Positions 49,366-63,785 of a stretch of 64,000 nt of DNA are shown in pieces (within the stretch, counting starts at the first letter, position 1; every line of letters starts with the position of its first letter). The notes under the pieces were generated by a model. It worked only from the letters and a program-made list of their open reading frames with translations. It was not told the DNA's origin and searched no databases. Source of the stretch: Lytechinus pictus (lineage: Eukaryota). The stretch lies in NCBI RefSeq assembly GCF_037042905.1, contig NC_087257.1:124001-188000 (forward strand), written 5' to 3'. A program made the position numbers and the translations under genes.

Positions 49366-52300
49366 ATTGCTGACTGATATTTTGTTATTAACAGTGACTT
49401 TTTGTGTATTTCATTTCATTTCCCGGTGTCTGGAGCAGAAATGCCACATTTTTTTCAAAAGGTTGATAAAAACTTCATCTTTCTAACCAAACCATACTTG
49501 GGCTTTAAGTTATCAATGAAGATGCCCAGAAACTTTGCATACATTGCTTACAAGAAAGAGGTATAAAGCAGTTTGTTTTATTTCCTGGTCAAAAAAACAA
49601 TCCACGGTTCATGATGCTTTACATTCCAGTATTAAGCCGCGAAGTTTGTAGAGGACGTAACTTGCGCGAGATATTTAAAAGGGAGATAAAACGTGGGATG
49701 TGCAGTTTAGTTATATAATTCCTAATAACATCTGCTGTGTTTTTCAGATCACGCAATTGCAACGCGCATGCGCTATCCGAATTTTTCCTGTATAAGGGAC
49801 CGTGTGCAAAATAATTCAAAATAAACGGGGGAATGAAACATTCATGAATTGTGTAAACAAAGACGAATACTACTACTTCTACAACAACTTCTACCAGGCG
49901 CGGATCCATGGGGGGGGGGGGCGAGGGGGCCTTGCCCCCCCCCCCCCCTTGGCAAAAGAAAAGAAGAGGGACAGAAATAGAAAAAAGAGGGGAAGAGGGA
50001 AAAGGAAAAGGAGAAAAAAGAGAGAGGAAGGAAGAAAGAAGAAAAGAGAGAGAAAGAGGAAACGAGAGAGGAAGAGGGGGAAGGAAGAAGAGGAGAAAAA
50101 AGAGAGAGGAAAGGAGGAAAGAAAAGAAGAAAAAGGGAAGAGGGGGAAGGAAGGGAAGGAAAATGGAGAGGAAAAGGGGAAAGAAAGAGAAGGAAAAAGA
50201 GAGGGAAAGGAAAAGGAGAAAAAAGAGGAAGAGAAGAAAAGAAAAGGAGAGAGAGGAAAGAAGGAAGAAAAAAGAGAGGGGAAATAAAAGAAGAAAAAAG
50301 AAGAGGGGAAATAAAGAAGTAAAAAAGGAGAAGAAGAGGGGAAAGAAAGAGAAAAAAGAGGAAGAGCAGGAAAGAAAATGATGTTCGAACCAAAAGGGCG
50401 CGGAAATGATGTTCGAATTGGGGGCCGAATTGATGTTCAAACGGGGGGGGGGGCGAATTGCTGTTCGACGTAGGGGCGCCAAATTGATGTTCGAACTAGG
50501 GGGGGGGGCGCCAAATTGATGTTCGAACTAGGGGGGGGGGGCGCCAAATTGATACTCGAGCTAGGGGGGGGGGCGAAATAATATTCCAACTAGGGGCGCC
50601 AAATTGATGTTTGACCTACATGTAGGGGCGCCGAATTGATATTCGAACTAGGAGGGCGCCGAAATGATGTTTGAAGGGATGTTAAAATGATGTTCGAACT
50701 GGGGGCGCCAGATTGATACTCGAACTAGGGGGGGGGGGGGGAAGGGGGACGATTCGATGTTGGAACTAGGGGGGCGCCAAATTGATACTCGAACTAGGAG
50801 GGCTCAGAATTGATGTTGGAACTAGGGGGCGCCAAATTGATAATCGAACTATGGGGCGCCAAATTGATGTCGGACCTACATGTAGGGGCGCCGAATTGAT
50901 ATTCGAGCGCCGAAATGATGTTCGCAGGGATGTTAAAAAGATGTTCGAGCTGGGGGCGCCAAATTGATACTCGAACGGGGGGGGGGCGAATCGATGTTCG
51001 AGCTAGGGGGGCGCCAAACTGATACTCAAACTAGGGGGCGCCGAATTGATGTTCGAACTAGGGGGGCGCCAAATTGATACTCGAGCTGAGGGGTGGGGGC
51101 GAAATGATATTCGAACTATGGAAGCCAAATTGAGTTCGAAGGGATGCCAAAATGATGTTCGAACTGGGGGCCGAATTGATGTTCGAATGGGGGGGGGGGG
51201 CGAATTGATGATCGACCTACATGTAGGGGCGCCGAATTGATTCTCGAACTAGGGGGGGGGGGCGCCGAATTGATGTTCGAAGTAGGGGCACCACATTGAT
51301 GTTTGAACTAGGGGGCGCCGAATTGATATTCGAACTAGGGGCGCCAATTTGATGTTCCAATTGGGGGCGCCAAAGTGATGTTCGACCTAGGGAGGCCAAA
51401 TAGATGTTCGGCGTAGGGGAGGGGGGGGGGTTGCACCGAATCGATGTTCGACGTAGGGGCGCAAAATTTATGTTCCACATCGGGGAGCGCCGATTGAATG
51501 TTCGAACTAGGGGCGCCAAATTGCTATTCGAACTTGGGGCGCCAAATTGATGTTAGAACTAGGGGGCGCTGAAATTGTGTATGGGTATGGCTTAAAAAGA
51601 ATGCAACTAGTATAGATTATACAAGTTGCATTCTTTTTAAGCCATATACCTATAATTGCATAGGTTACAAAGCACATGTTAACATCACGTTCAACACCAA
51701 TAACAAGCAAGCAATGACCCGCCGTGTAGCTAGTTGTAGGTCGGGATAACTTGCGCTCCATAGTTATTTGGAAAGTGGAAATTGATAATAACCGTATCAG
51801 ACCGCCCCGATCACATTACAAGAATTCGTGTTATTATTTCCGCATTCATACATTCCGTCCCGAAGAGACTTCCGAGAAATTCTCAAAGTTACGAGCATGC
51901 GCATTATGGTCTGGAAAGCGGGCAAGGAGCGAATTCAAACTCGCCAGTCTGCAACTCATGGCGCCCAGGCGACCACGCCCAACTACAAAGTTCTCAAGTA
52001 TCAATCTTCAGGTTGCGAAAATCGAAAAAGAAAAGCGGAGAGGCTAAAGCAAGCTGGCTCCCTAGACAAGTACCTCCATTTAAATTTGAGAGGTAGGAAC
52101 ACATGGTGAAACACGAACATATATCGATTGATAATTTGATGTCTCATTGAGAAGTTAGAATATAGTGAATCCCCAGAAAAAACGAAACCGTAATTCGGTG
52201 AAAGTTTTTGCTGCCATAATCATAATTTTTCTTCATGTGATGTATAAATCGAAATATATGATTTCTTTCTGTCATTTAAAGACCATATTAATGGTCATAA

Positions 52301-55300
52301 AACATGCATGACTGAGTTAGATTAATGGAAATGGTGTTACTAAATTTTCGTTTGCACGAGCAATTTTACGATTTTTCTAGCTTATACTGCTATCTATTCG
52401 GAAATCAAAGTTCATAACTGAAACATCAATTTCTTTTTTTTTTCATAATTATGAGACTCTCTTAGTAAAATATGAATGACGCACGGTCGAGAAAAAGTTG
52501 CATGAAACATACTTGATTCCCTACCTATTCGAAGATGTTGGAAAAAAAACATTTCAAGGCAAAAAATGTTCAGTTATGCCAAATTGAATATTTGTTTCCT
52601 TTGAATCATGGCTCAAATCTCATGACCAGTTGACCACCATAGTCATGAATGTATTTCGACCTTAGTGATGTCAGTATGTTATACATTGAACCATAGGCTA
52701 TGAGGATAATTGACTGACGGCTACTTTTTTCTTTGGAGGCTAGATCTATTTATTTAGTTCATATGGGGAGCTAAAAAATCGGCCTTATAGCTGAGTTCCA
52801 GTGTATTTCATACCCTGCTCTGGGGCCTACTCATACGATAGTTGACATAGACTCTCTGATATTTGACATTTACCAAAAAGAAATATTGGCACATTTTGTG
52901 CGCACGTCAACATTTCGTGTGTCACTCTGTGGATTTTGCTTGCCAACCGAATATCACCCCCCCCCCCCCAAAAAAAAAAAAAGAGCCGTTATTTGCCCAC
53001 AAGGTCAAAACATTTCTATTGATGTATAATTACCATTACCATAACATACAAAATAAAACATGCATAAAAACATTTTGGACTTAATGATTTCACAGATTCA
53101 AGTAATCTATTTCTTTAACGGCTTTTGGGGTCATTTTCCAAACGATATTTGATTTGACGTTTTCTTTGTACACTGCAAAATCATGCAGTTTGCAGTCAGC
53201 TAGTCGGGTAATTCTTAAAAATTTGTAAAAATTACCATGATTTTATGAATGTGATTTTTTGCAGGGTCAGCAGCCCCCCCCCCCCCTCCACTTTGAAAAC
53301 CGTTCCGCGGCCCCTGTAGAAACTGATGAACCGGCAGAAAGTTAACTTCATTAATTTTGTACTTTGCAAAGCATGTGAACCAGTTAATGAGGGAACTCTC
53401 AATTGGTCTAGGTAAAATACTGATAAATGAGAAGTCCCCAAAGAAAACAGCCAGTCACCGACTGGTGCATATTTCTTTCACAAGCAAACTAAAAATTACT
53501 ATCCCTACGGGGGGGGGGGCGTCAAGTAGATCTCAAACACTAAAGACAAATTCTTAGCACGCCGTATCAACGGCAGGTAATGTTATTTTTAAGTTAGGCC
53601 CCCACAATCCCAAATCAACTAAATTAGATCTACTTCAAGTAGGTTTCCAAAAGTTTCAAAACTCCATAAACTCTACATATTATTTCACATACAACTAAAT
53701 CTAAATACAAGCTAAAGATCCATTGTATTTCAAGATTATGGTTGATGATTAACATAAACACAACGCCAAATAAATTCAAATTACTCAAGTCATATTATGA
53801 TATCAAAATAAATATTTACATTTAGCGCATGTTTCCAATTCAAAACACTTTATAATTATATACACTACATGATAGAAAACATCTCAATGTTACTTATACC
53901 ATCGAACTTGTCAGATACACGGGTGTATTTTTTTTTGTTAGTTGATGGTGGACTGCATGAAAGAAGCAGCCACCATCCCCTTTCACATCTAATAAAATTC
54001 GAAGACCGAAAGTAGCGAGATTTTCCGTCAGACGTCTTCTGAAAAGTTCTGTTCCAGTACTCCAGTACGGGTGTATCTGACTATCTGCTAGTTTGTATAA
54101 TACGACGTACATTTTTTATATTGTATTTTTTAAATTGAATACATCTAATGTGGGATATTAGCTTTAATCTTACACACGCTTTAAAATATCTGATTCTAGT
54201 TTTTAATTTTGCTAACAACAAAGGGTTGTTTGCGTTGTTTATTGGTGTGAATCAGGCCGACGAAAATGTGATAATAAATAATTTTAAACTGAGATATCAA
54301 CAAACGTTAACAATATCAGAAATTAAAACATAGCGGACGTGTCCCTTACCTCTTAGAAATCATTGATGAAATAAAAGTAAACGATAAAGGGGAGATTCAG
54401 CTCCTTCTCATCATTGAATCAGTCGTCCCTCTGACAATGTAAGACATGCAATTATCAATTAAACATTTTAAAATCTTTTTATTAACAGAGAGGACTCAAA
54501 GGAGTACTGGAACATAACTTTTCAGAAGACGTCTGACGGAAAATCTCGCTACTTTCGGTCTTCGAATTATATTAGATGTGAAAGGGGATGGTGGCTGCTT
54601 CTTTCATGCAGTCCACCATCAACTAACAAAAAAAAATGTAAAGATAATAGCTACAACTTCAGAACATCCTCGAAAGATGAGGCTTTCCTATGTCATTGAT
54701 GATCCTAACGATGTATAACAAGTGAAACGCGTAACGTGTAACAAATGGATATTTGATTGTTTTTTTGTCTTAATTTCATGAATTACTAGTGGATCCATAA
54801 ACTATTTAATTTATGTCGACATTTCAAAGAATTAATTTTGGTAAGATTTCGATGTTGATTCTCCCAACATTTTCTAAGTTCATTGACCCAGGCGGCCAGG
54901 CCAGCATTGACCCTAAATTACCTTTGACCTTGGTCATGTTACCTTAAACAAACGTAGTCAGGATATTTTGCTATACTTTATTACCCTTGTTTCCAAGTTT
55001 CATGAACTATGACATTTCAAAAACTTAACTTTGGTTAAGATTTCAGTGTTGACGCCGTCCCCATCGTCAAAAAGAGGCGCCAATTATTGTCTCGCTCTGC
55101 TATGTAGGCGAGACAAAAATTATGTTCTGTCCTAGTGACTTTTGTAACATGTTTTAGTAGGGGGCACGTAGGCAATTCGTCAATATTTTAATGAGTAATT
55201 CGTGAGCTTCACGAGCAGAGCACTCCATAACTCTATTCCTAACAAAAGTCGCTCTTGTTTATTAAAGGCTAAGAAACAAAATATGAATAAGAGTTGTGAA

Positions 55301-56180
55301 TTATTCTTGCATGAAGGGAAGCATTCTGCACTTTGACAAATGTATGAGAAGCGTCTGACTTTAACTGTTGTTTTTATATTGCTTGCAATACTTAAGCCAC
55401 TAATCCCAAACGGATTGGAAAATATAACAAGTGGAATATAATATTATATATAGGTCCTATATTTCAATTGGACGGTAAATGGAGTACACGGCCAACAATT
55501 ATAAAACTTTAGCAGTAGTGAGAGTATTATTCTTTAATCTGAGCAGATTGAATAACCGATTTTTTTTTTGACATTTCTATTAATTTCTAATTACATTTCA
55601 TGCTGACACTGTTTACATTTTGTACTGATACTCTTGATATTTATCAGAACAAATGAGGATTTCTATTCTTAGGTGAATGTTCTCTTGTTATTTCTCTATT
55701 GGAAAGCCGTTTGAGTAAAAATCGGTCTAGTAGTATAGTCACTAGTTACTACATGTATACTAGTAAACGTTTTGCATGTTCTAGGTGGGTAGACATTCAT
55801 ACCACAACGCATATCACAGTCTGAAATAGGATGTGTAGTATACCACCATGTGAACTTAATTGTCTATGCATATATCAATATATGTTATTTACAGAAATGT
55901 TGAAGTTTACTTGCAATGTGTAAAGGAATAAATGAAACATTTTAATGGTGAAAGTTTCGGATGCGTTTTTATATTTTTTGACGAATCGTCAAATACTCAA
56001 ATAACTGAAATAACTCTATGGTTGATATCGTTCCTATATTTTTGTTTCATGTAGTAATGGGTAAAAGACAGCTAGATACAGTTGATGACTGATACGACAC
56101 CTCTTCGTTTCCAACCTACAGTGGGAAATCGCATTGTAATTTTTTTAAACGAATGCCACTGGAGCTATTACGTGGATTTA
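49366..56180 (+). repeat. Segmental duplication copy Y' (partner 13565-20160)
   Basis: Collinear similarity. Confidence 0.97.
53929..54066 (-). other. Inverted templated insertion of the OTU exon, flanked by a 10-bp direct repeat
   Basis: Reverse complement of ~54501-54637; ACGGGTGTAT at 53919-28 and 54067-76; absent from copy Y. Confidence 0.92.
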
Positions 56181-57404
56181 GGCGTGTTGTCAAAAGTGTG
56201 TGTGCGTCTTTTCCTTTATATTCCACAGCGAAACCGCTGAGCGTGACATTGTCCTTTTTTCTTACCTACGGGTCAGTGCTCTTGCCATTCAAGACGCCAG
56301 CGTGCCCTTTTGCAGCGAAAACGGAAGCGTTCGCTTTTATCTTTTCTTTTGACGCCCCCGGTTGGCTCTCCGATAATATGTTTTTGCATGAGCGCCCTCT
56401 ATGTCCACGATATCGGCGTTTTAGGCAAACTATTGAACGCCCGATCTCTAGTCACTGATCTGAATATCGTTGTGTCCTTGTGTCGGTGTGCCTAGTCGCA
56501 GTGGGGTATATATTTTCCAAAGTTACGCTTTCTAAATTTCTTTTTATGATTTTTCGTTTCGGGTTTCAGTATATGACAAAGTTCAATTAAATTTAGATTT
56601 CATTTCTTTAATAGAACAATAAAGCTTTAGCCCTTTAGCACGAGTATGTTGCTTTATTTTGAAGAATATACCGTTAGATATTGACTTTCTAAAAGTAAGT
56701 ATTCAGGCGCGGGTAAGATTTTTTTTAATCACACTGAGCCCACACTGTTAGCATTGTCGGGTGGAAAAATTGTCCTTCATCTTTGTAAACGAAATGCAAA
56801 TCCCCTCGTAAATGATGCAATATAAATCATTCCTGGGTCCAAAAATGATGGCATTTAAATTTATACATTGAAAAGCTACTGTGACAAAAAAAAAAAAATA
56901 CATCCACAAAATGCAAGCGTTTTTTGTGGAAAAAAGGATGAAAACTAAGGCCATCGTTTAAATTCAAATTTGAGCTAAACAAAGGCCTTTGTCTAATTTA
57001 GCCAAAGTGCACATCAATTTTACTCTTATTATACACATGTTTAAACATTGACATGTTGGAAACTTATATATTCACACATAATGCAGATGCCGTGCAAAAC
57101 AAACGAATAAAGTATCATTAATTTGAACTTTAAAAATTTAATTGGATGCTCAAGCAGTCATATCGGTCATTGTAGCTTAAATGCACAATTCTTGAATTTC
57201 ATTGCCCGAAATTCAGAACAAAAAGTACTTTCGTTACTTTGAAGGACCATTACAAACATATTTGCCTTCGAACGAAATCAAAAGCACTTAAAAAATAAAT
57301 ATTGAAATTATCAAAGAAGTTGAGGTAGTCTTGACCATGAATTGAGTTGAGTGTTTATAAAGGAATTACAGCGTCTTCTAAACTTTGAATGACCGATGAA
57401 AAAT
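56180..57404 (+). repeat. Repeat block X' (partner 8221-9403)
   Basis: Collinear similarity. Confidence 0.92.
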
Positions 57405-58086
57405 GTCGCGTGAATTAAAATGCAAATTAACACATTTAAGTGACTCCGACATGATATTGGACAGGAAAACCTATATTATCTTTTTACCTGGGATCCGTCT
57501 TTATTCCCTTATATAAATTTCCCCTGTGATCTAGAGTATTATGTGACCTAGTGTTCTTGATTACCACCCAGGAGCCACAGAACCGAAGGGGGTCTGGGGC
57601 TGAGGCCTCCACAAGTACCATGATTTTATGCATGGTGACCCCCACCCCCTTCAAACCAGTCCGCTGGGGGGGGGGGAACTTAATTATTTCTTTTGATTTT
57701 CCAGTTCTACTTACAATATCCAATTTTGTCAACTTAATTCTAATGGTTCCTTTTTTCATCCAACTTCATTTCTTCCTTGAATTTTTCTAAATCTTTTCTA
57801 TACCTATTCTTTTTTAACCTTCACGTTTGACTTGTACAATACGTGTATATTGCCGTTGATTTCTTCTTCCTATTAAATATCTGAATTAATCTGCAATGTG
57901 TGTATGTCAAATTATTGCAAATTAGATTCCCAGTGTCTAAGGTAAACATAGTAATACGAAAGCCTCTTTGGCCTAGTTTCCCTTCCAACTTTGTACTTCA
58001 CCTCTTAATCGTATAGCTGCATTCTGTAAGGCTTGCATGTTTGAATATGCACAAAAAATCAATAAACGTACAGGAAATGGTAATGA

Positions 58087-58232
58087 CTCGGTCACATTTG
58101 CTCTATACGGCGGCCATACGGCGAGTCGAAAACAGCCGTTTTATTCATTTTATTCAAACCTCCTATACTTAGCTGGTACATAAACTGTTAAAACGACTGT
58201 TTTCGACTCGCCTTAAAACAAATGTGACCGAG
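58087..58232. mobile_element. Short palindromic MITE (Harbinger-like)
   Basis: TIR CTCGGTCACATTTG/CAAATGTGACCGAG plus an inner inverted pair ggcgagtcgaaaacag/ctgttttcgactcgcc. Confidence 0.8.
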
Positions 58233-61200
58233 GTATTTGGCATACTAGATCAACAAGGATGGGGTGCATGCTGGTGCGGATCCTGCCGGAGTAACACAGT
58301 ACAATCCAATAGGCGCCGTATTTATTTTGAACAATAGTTGGGCTCTCAAAAGTATTGTGGTCTATTTTGTGACCTCTACTAAAAGAAGTCAGTGGTTGTA
58401 TATTCTGCACCTGGAAGGTACAGTTATGTAGTGAATCCCGCCCCCCCCCCCCTATGAGAGCCATTATCAATTTTGTTGATATAAAATATGCCATTTTTAC
58501 ACAAGTGTGCCCCCTATAAAACTCACAGCATGTATTTTAATGAGAATATGTCGTTCATAGACAGGTGAGGACCTTCACTTTAGCCTGATAAACACCCCTT
58601 TTCCAAATATATTTGGTTATTAAAATGCACAGAGAGATGGTAGGCAAAGAATATAACTCGAATGTTCATATTAAGAGGAGACCTATATAGAGGGAAGTTA
58701 CATGGTTAATTAAAAATGTGTTGATGAAATATCAGTCGAATGTTATGTTATAATCTGCTTATAATCTGGCACTGGTATGCGAGCGCGCAGCGCTTACGGT
58801 TTAGATTTCTAAAAAGTTTAGACTTGCAGTAAAGCGCTGTAATAATACGCCGCGTGTGAAGCCCCTCTATTATTTACAGCCTACTGTGAACTGTGCAACT
58901 ATTTCAATTTTGGGTGAAATTCCTTCTCACTTTCTATTTTTTCCTTAGCGTTTAGATACATATTTTGTGCTTCACTTGTAAGTGGTATACAGATAATGTA
59001 AATTACTATTAATCGCGTGCGTTCCCGATCTCCTTATCGAAATCAATATTAATGAGCTGTAAGCACGATATTGTTCTCGCTCTAATGGAGGGGGGGGGGG
59101 TCAGTGTTCTATCAAGCAAAAGACGTAGGCCTATATGTGCATACGTTCATATCATTGGTGTAATGATAAAGAACCTGATGAATTCTGTTTTTGTATGTCG
59201 ACGTTTTTGTATGTCGACCATGGTGGTGCCCCACTCACAAGTTTTTTTTAATGAAAACTTCTAGGGGCTCCCAATCCCATGTTTTTACCTAATTTGTATA
59301 TACCTGTATTTTTATGATTGATTGATTGAAATAAATTTTGAATTGAAATTGAATTGAAATTGACGTTATTATAAAGTTAATACAAATGACAATCAATGTG
59401 ATTCAGGCGTACACCGGTTTAACTGCAAGGTAACATGCATCCAGAAATCGAAATATCCGATGAATTCAAAACGTACGTAGCCGGAATGGCATGTAGTTCG
59501 GATGTTACAGACTCTAACTAAGAATAATCTCGTATTACAAATGTTAATCTTGCTAAAAATGCACACAAACTCACAACGTGATAGACTCTGGGGATGATGT
59601 CGTTGATATAAAATTCACATCGACCTCGACATGCAATCATTTTTTATACTGCATCGGACTTGACAACTCGCAAAATCTTTTCCAAAATTAGATGGCCATC
59701 CATTCTCTCTCTTTTTAATCTTAATATAATCTTTGTATTTCAGGATCATGATATGAAAACCCTTTTTAAACAAACATGATAAAGGAAAAACGCGTCTCAA
59801 GTTATACATGGTTCATTGCCGCAAAATATACAAATCATCTTCATTTGTTGATATTAAATCATCAACATTATCACTGATATTATTATTCGTATTATCATGT
59901 CCGTTAATATCACTTCAAAGTTATGATTATCACTTTCATCATCACCATCATTCATTATCTATTTCCAGTCGTTCTCCAGTATTAATTTTATATTCTATAT
60001 AATTAAAAATATATGAAAGATAATGGTAATCATGAACATTAGATCCGTTATGTGAGATAATTAATGCGATTTTACACGCTAATCGCTATTTGATGATGGT
60101 GAAAGAAATCTTTTAAATAGCACAAAAGAAGTCGGGACGGTAGTTACCGCATACACGTACTTTAATACACTATATATTACAAAAGATTCCCCATCGGACG
60201 GGCCAACGGTCTTTTGAAGTAGGTTCATCTATTGAAATTACGACAATAATCACGACAGCAGATATGCGGGGAATTAAAGTCTGTGAGCGTCTTTCTGTGG
60301 CACATGCTATTGTGAATGATTCTCTACTATACGGGTGAGTGATCTTGCTTTTTCATGATCATAGGCCTGGGCAATGACTAAGAACAGTTCGATGAGTATC
60401 AATGCCAAGCAATCCTGAAAGGTCAATAATGTTCAATTCTCTTGATAGAGGAGACTATATCATGGCCCTATTTGCTTTTGCTTTTAGGCCAGTAAGTGTA
60501 TAAACTAACATAGATAATAAATAATTATTACATTCCATCTATTTTAGAGTAATGATCTAATGTTAATATTATTATACATATCTCCCTGCAGCTTACGGCC
60601 CCATATCTTCACCCGTGAAGTACTGAATTTTGAAGCTTAAATTATTGAACATCTTGGCATCCTAGTATTGTAATGATGTTTACCATCACTGCAATGTAGA
60701 TAAAAACATTAATTTAATTCTACTCACATTGATTTTACTTTAGAACAAACTCACACCCCACCCCTTCCCGCTACAACCTTTCTCTCATTTTCATTATTTC
60801 CTTACCAAAATTATCAAAATTTCAATAACTACGATAATGACATAGATGGTTCTGTTGACATGATTGACTATAATGATCCTACTGATGATATTGACGAAAA
60901 TTAACACTGATGATGATGGTGGTGGTGGTAGTGAATGTGGTAGCGGTAGCCTTGATGATTATAATAAATGAAAATACTGAAAGTTACGAAAGTCACACAT
61001 TCAGTGAATAATACTAAGAAACATACTTTTTGATGAAATAAAATTCACACACACTTTATGCTTCTTGTAGGCCTCCTATTTAATTTATTCTTATTTTCTG
61101 AACTGCAGTGTGTCCGCTTATATTCATTTTGTATGATTTAAAGCTTTTAAGTTTATAATTATATTGGTAAATCCCGGTCAGAAAAGTTCATGTCACCATT

Positions 61201-63429
61201 CCATTCCAGATTACTATATTATATGAGCATGGCCCTAAAATGAATATGATGTGATAGGTATGAAATCAAATGTGTTTTATTGGAAAATTTAGCCCTTTTA
61301 CACATCCTTTTTTCCAGCGATTTGGCGACCGATCAAAATTTACGCGTATTTTGTATTGGAAACCATCTATCGGGACAGCCTTCAAGATCTAGGTCTGAAT
61401 AACATTGCAACATACTTCGTTTGGTGCTCAAAAGGTTATTTCTAAAATAGAACATCATCGAGAAATGGTGCTTCATTCATGACATCTGAAAAAAAATCCG
61501 ATGACCACTGCACTGTTGTAAACAATTTAGAATGCTTGTTAATACTCGACAAAATTCAAAAGACAAAATTACGTATTATTTACCAAAGTTAATCGAAGAG
61601 TTTTAACATGACAATTAGAACAATAAATTAAACACTACCCATGCAGAAAACGATCGAGATGAGAAAAAAAACTTGATCAGATGATGTAATATACTGATAA
61701 GCAAAGCTTGTTAATAAAACATAACTTTGACAATTACATTAAAGACGACACCGCCGGTGTTTTCAAAAGTATGGGGGCTAATGGGGGAAAAGAACATTTT
61801 TGGGGTGGGGTGACAAAAATGTATTTAGGAAGAAAGTATGAGCGTCAAAAAATTGGAAAAGATTGAGTAATTTGAAATAATCCCTCTTCAGGAAATGGAA
61901 TTCATTGAGTGGTATAAAATGCCAATCTTGGGCGGATCAGATTTTATATCAAAATAATTTAGCCTTATTAATAATCTTTAACTCGCAAAACAGAGTTGAA
62001 AACGTGTGCATGTATGCAGAAAAAACACTCCTTCCTGCAAACAATGTTGGATCTCTGAATTTTCGAAATTATTCTGAAACCTTAATCTGCTCTAATTAAT
62101 CAGATTTTTCTGATGTACAAGGAAAGGACAGAATCATCTGTTTTATTATTTTTTTGTGGGGGGGGGGGGTGAATATTCGAATTTGCTAATATTAAGAGCT
62201 TCCTATTGTATGATTAAAGAAACTTGAGCGATATTCAAAATTAAGTTAATACTCTACAAAATTCACATTATTTACTACAAACTAAAGTTAATCGCAGAGT
62301 TTTAACATTTAGATTCATTTATTTCCGTTCAACAAATGATATAATCGAAGTAACAGGGTAAATACATGTACACAATAATACATACAGTTCAACGACATTT
62401 TATAACAACCAGTATTTTCAAAAGCAGAGGGGGGGGGGGAGGGGCCAAGTCAGAAAATTGTGGAGGCAAAACATGGTTTTTCGGAAAAAAATTATGAGCG
62501 TCAAAAAATGGGAAAAGATTGAGGAATTTGAAATTATCCCTCGTCAGACAGGGGCATTCATTGGAGAACATCTTTTCAATTGGCGAAACGCTATGAAGCA
62601 CCGCCTTCTGGTGGCAACGGCATGGTCTTCTGTTTCGTGTGAAATGAAATCGACGGGTTGGTTCTCCCACAGTCATTCCAATCAGGTGGAACGGGTAAAT
62701 ATATCATAAATTTGTAGGTCCAAGATCTCATGAGCAATGACAGAGCTAGGGAAGCGATCTGCACATGAAACAGGGTTTCCTATTTGCAATTCTCCATCTC
62801 CATTTTTGTCACCTGTCTTTCTTTTTAATCTTTTCACCTCCTCATTTCTTTATCCCTTCCCCTTGTCATGTTTCCTTGTATTAATTCTTCTTCCTTTTAT
62901 CTTTTAATCCTTAATCCATTTTTTCGCCGCAAATAGGAGCCCATTCAACACCTATAATCATTTTGCTTTTGTTATCTTTCCTATCCTGATAATTACTGAT
63001 GTGGTATAAGTGCTTTAGGTTCCTACATTAACAATTCGATAACTACATTTCTTCGATACACGATTTTCCCTTTCTCTTTCTCATGATTTTTCTGAAATCT
63101 TCTAGTTATTTATTTCGTTTTCTCTCAATTTCTTATCACTCATTTTCCTTCTATTTTTCCTTTTTTATTGAAAGGTTTTACCGTAAAACCTTTCAATATT
63201 CTCTCCACCATGGAAACCTTCAAAGGTCATCTTTCCTTTTTTATTCACTTATTTTGCTCTGTATATCTTTTAATGAAATATTGGTAGAAGGGGTTCGCAA
63301 TCAGATTAAAGTTGCGGCCAATTTAACTCCGAGTTTTGGGGTTTCATTTTTTCTTCATTCTCTTGTTGTTACCTGAATGAACAATTGAATAATGAACAAA
63401 AAATAAAGAACCGTTTCAGCATGGCCATT

Positions 63430-63785
63430 GCATGTCTTCCCCTCTGTTCCCCTTTCACTCTTCCCCCACCCCCTTTATATCTCCCCTCATCGTCCACCAG
63501 CTCTCTCTTCTTCTTTCCCCTTATTTTCTGTCTCTATCCATTTCCATATTCCAATTCCCCCCCCCCTCTCCCGTTGATTCTCGATCCTAAATTTCTTCCC
63601 CTCTCAAATTTCCTATTTTTTTTCTCTTTCAACTGTTTTTCCTCCATATTTTTTTTCACCCTCCCTCTTCTTCCATCGCAATATTATTTTCTTATTTTCT
63701 CTCTGTTCCCCCTTCCTTTACTCTCCCTATGAATTCTTAGTTTTCTTCTTCCTCTTGTCACCTTACCTTTCGGTCCCGCTTCTTT
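63430..63785. repeat. CT-rich polypyrimidine low-complexity tract
   Basis: Composition. Confidence 0.8.

Noticed and set aside
59380-59480. EGF-like CDSG...NCKVTC peptide
   Set aside because: Incomplete cysteine spacing and no clear splice acceptor
61905-61945. Kringle-like SGIKCQSWADQ peptide
   Set aside because: Lacks the remaining cysteines and the YCRNP motif; too short to exceed chance
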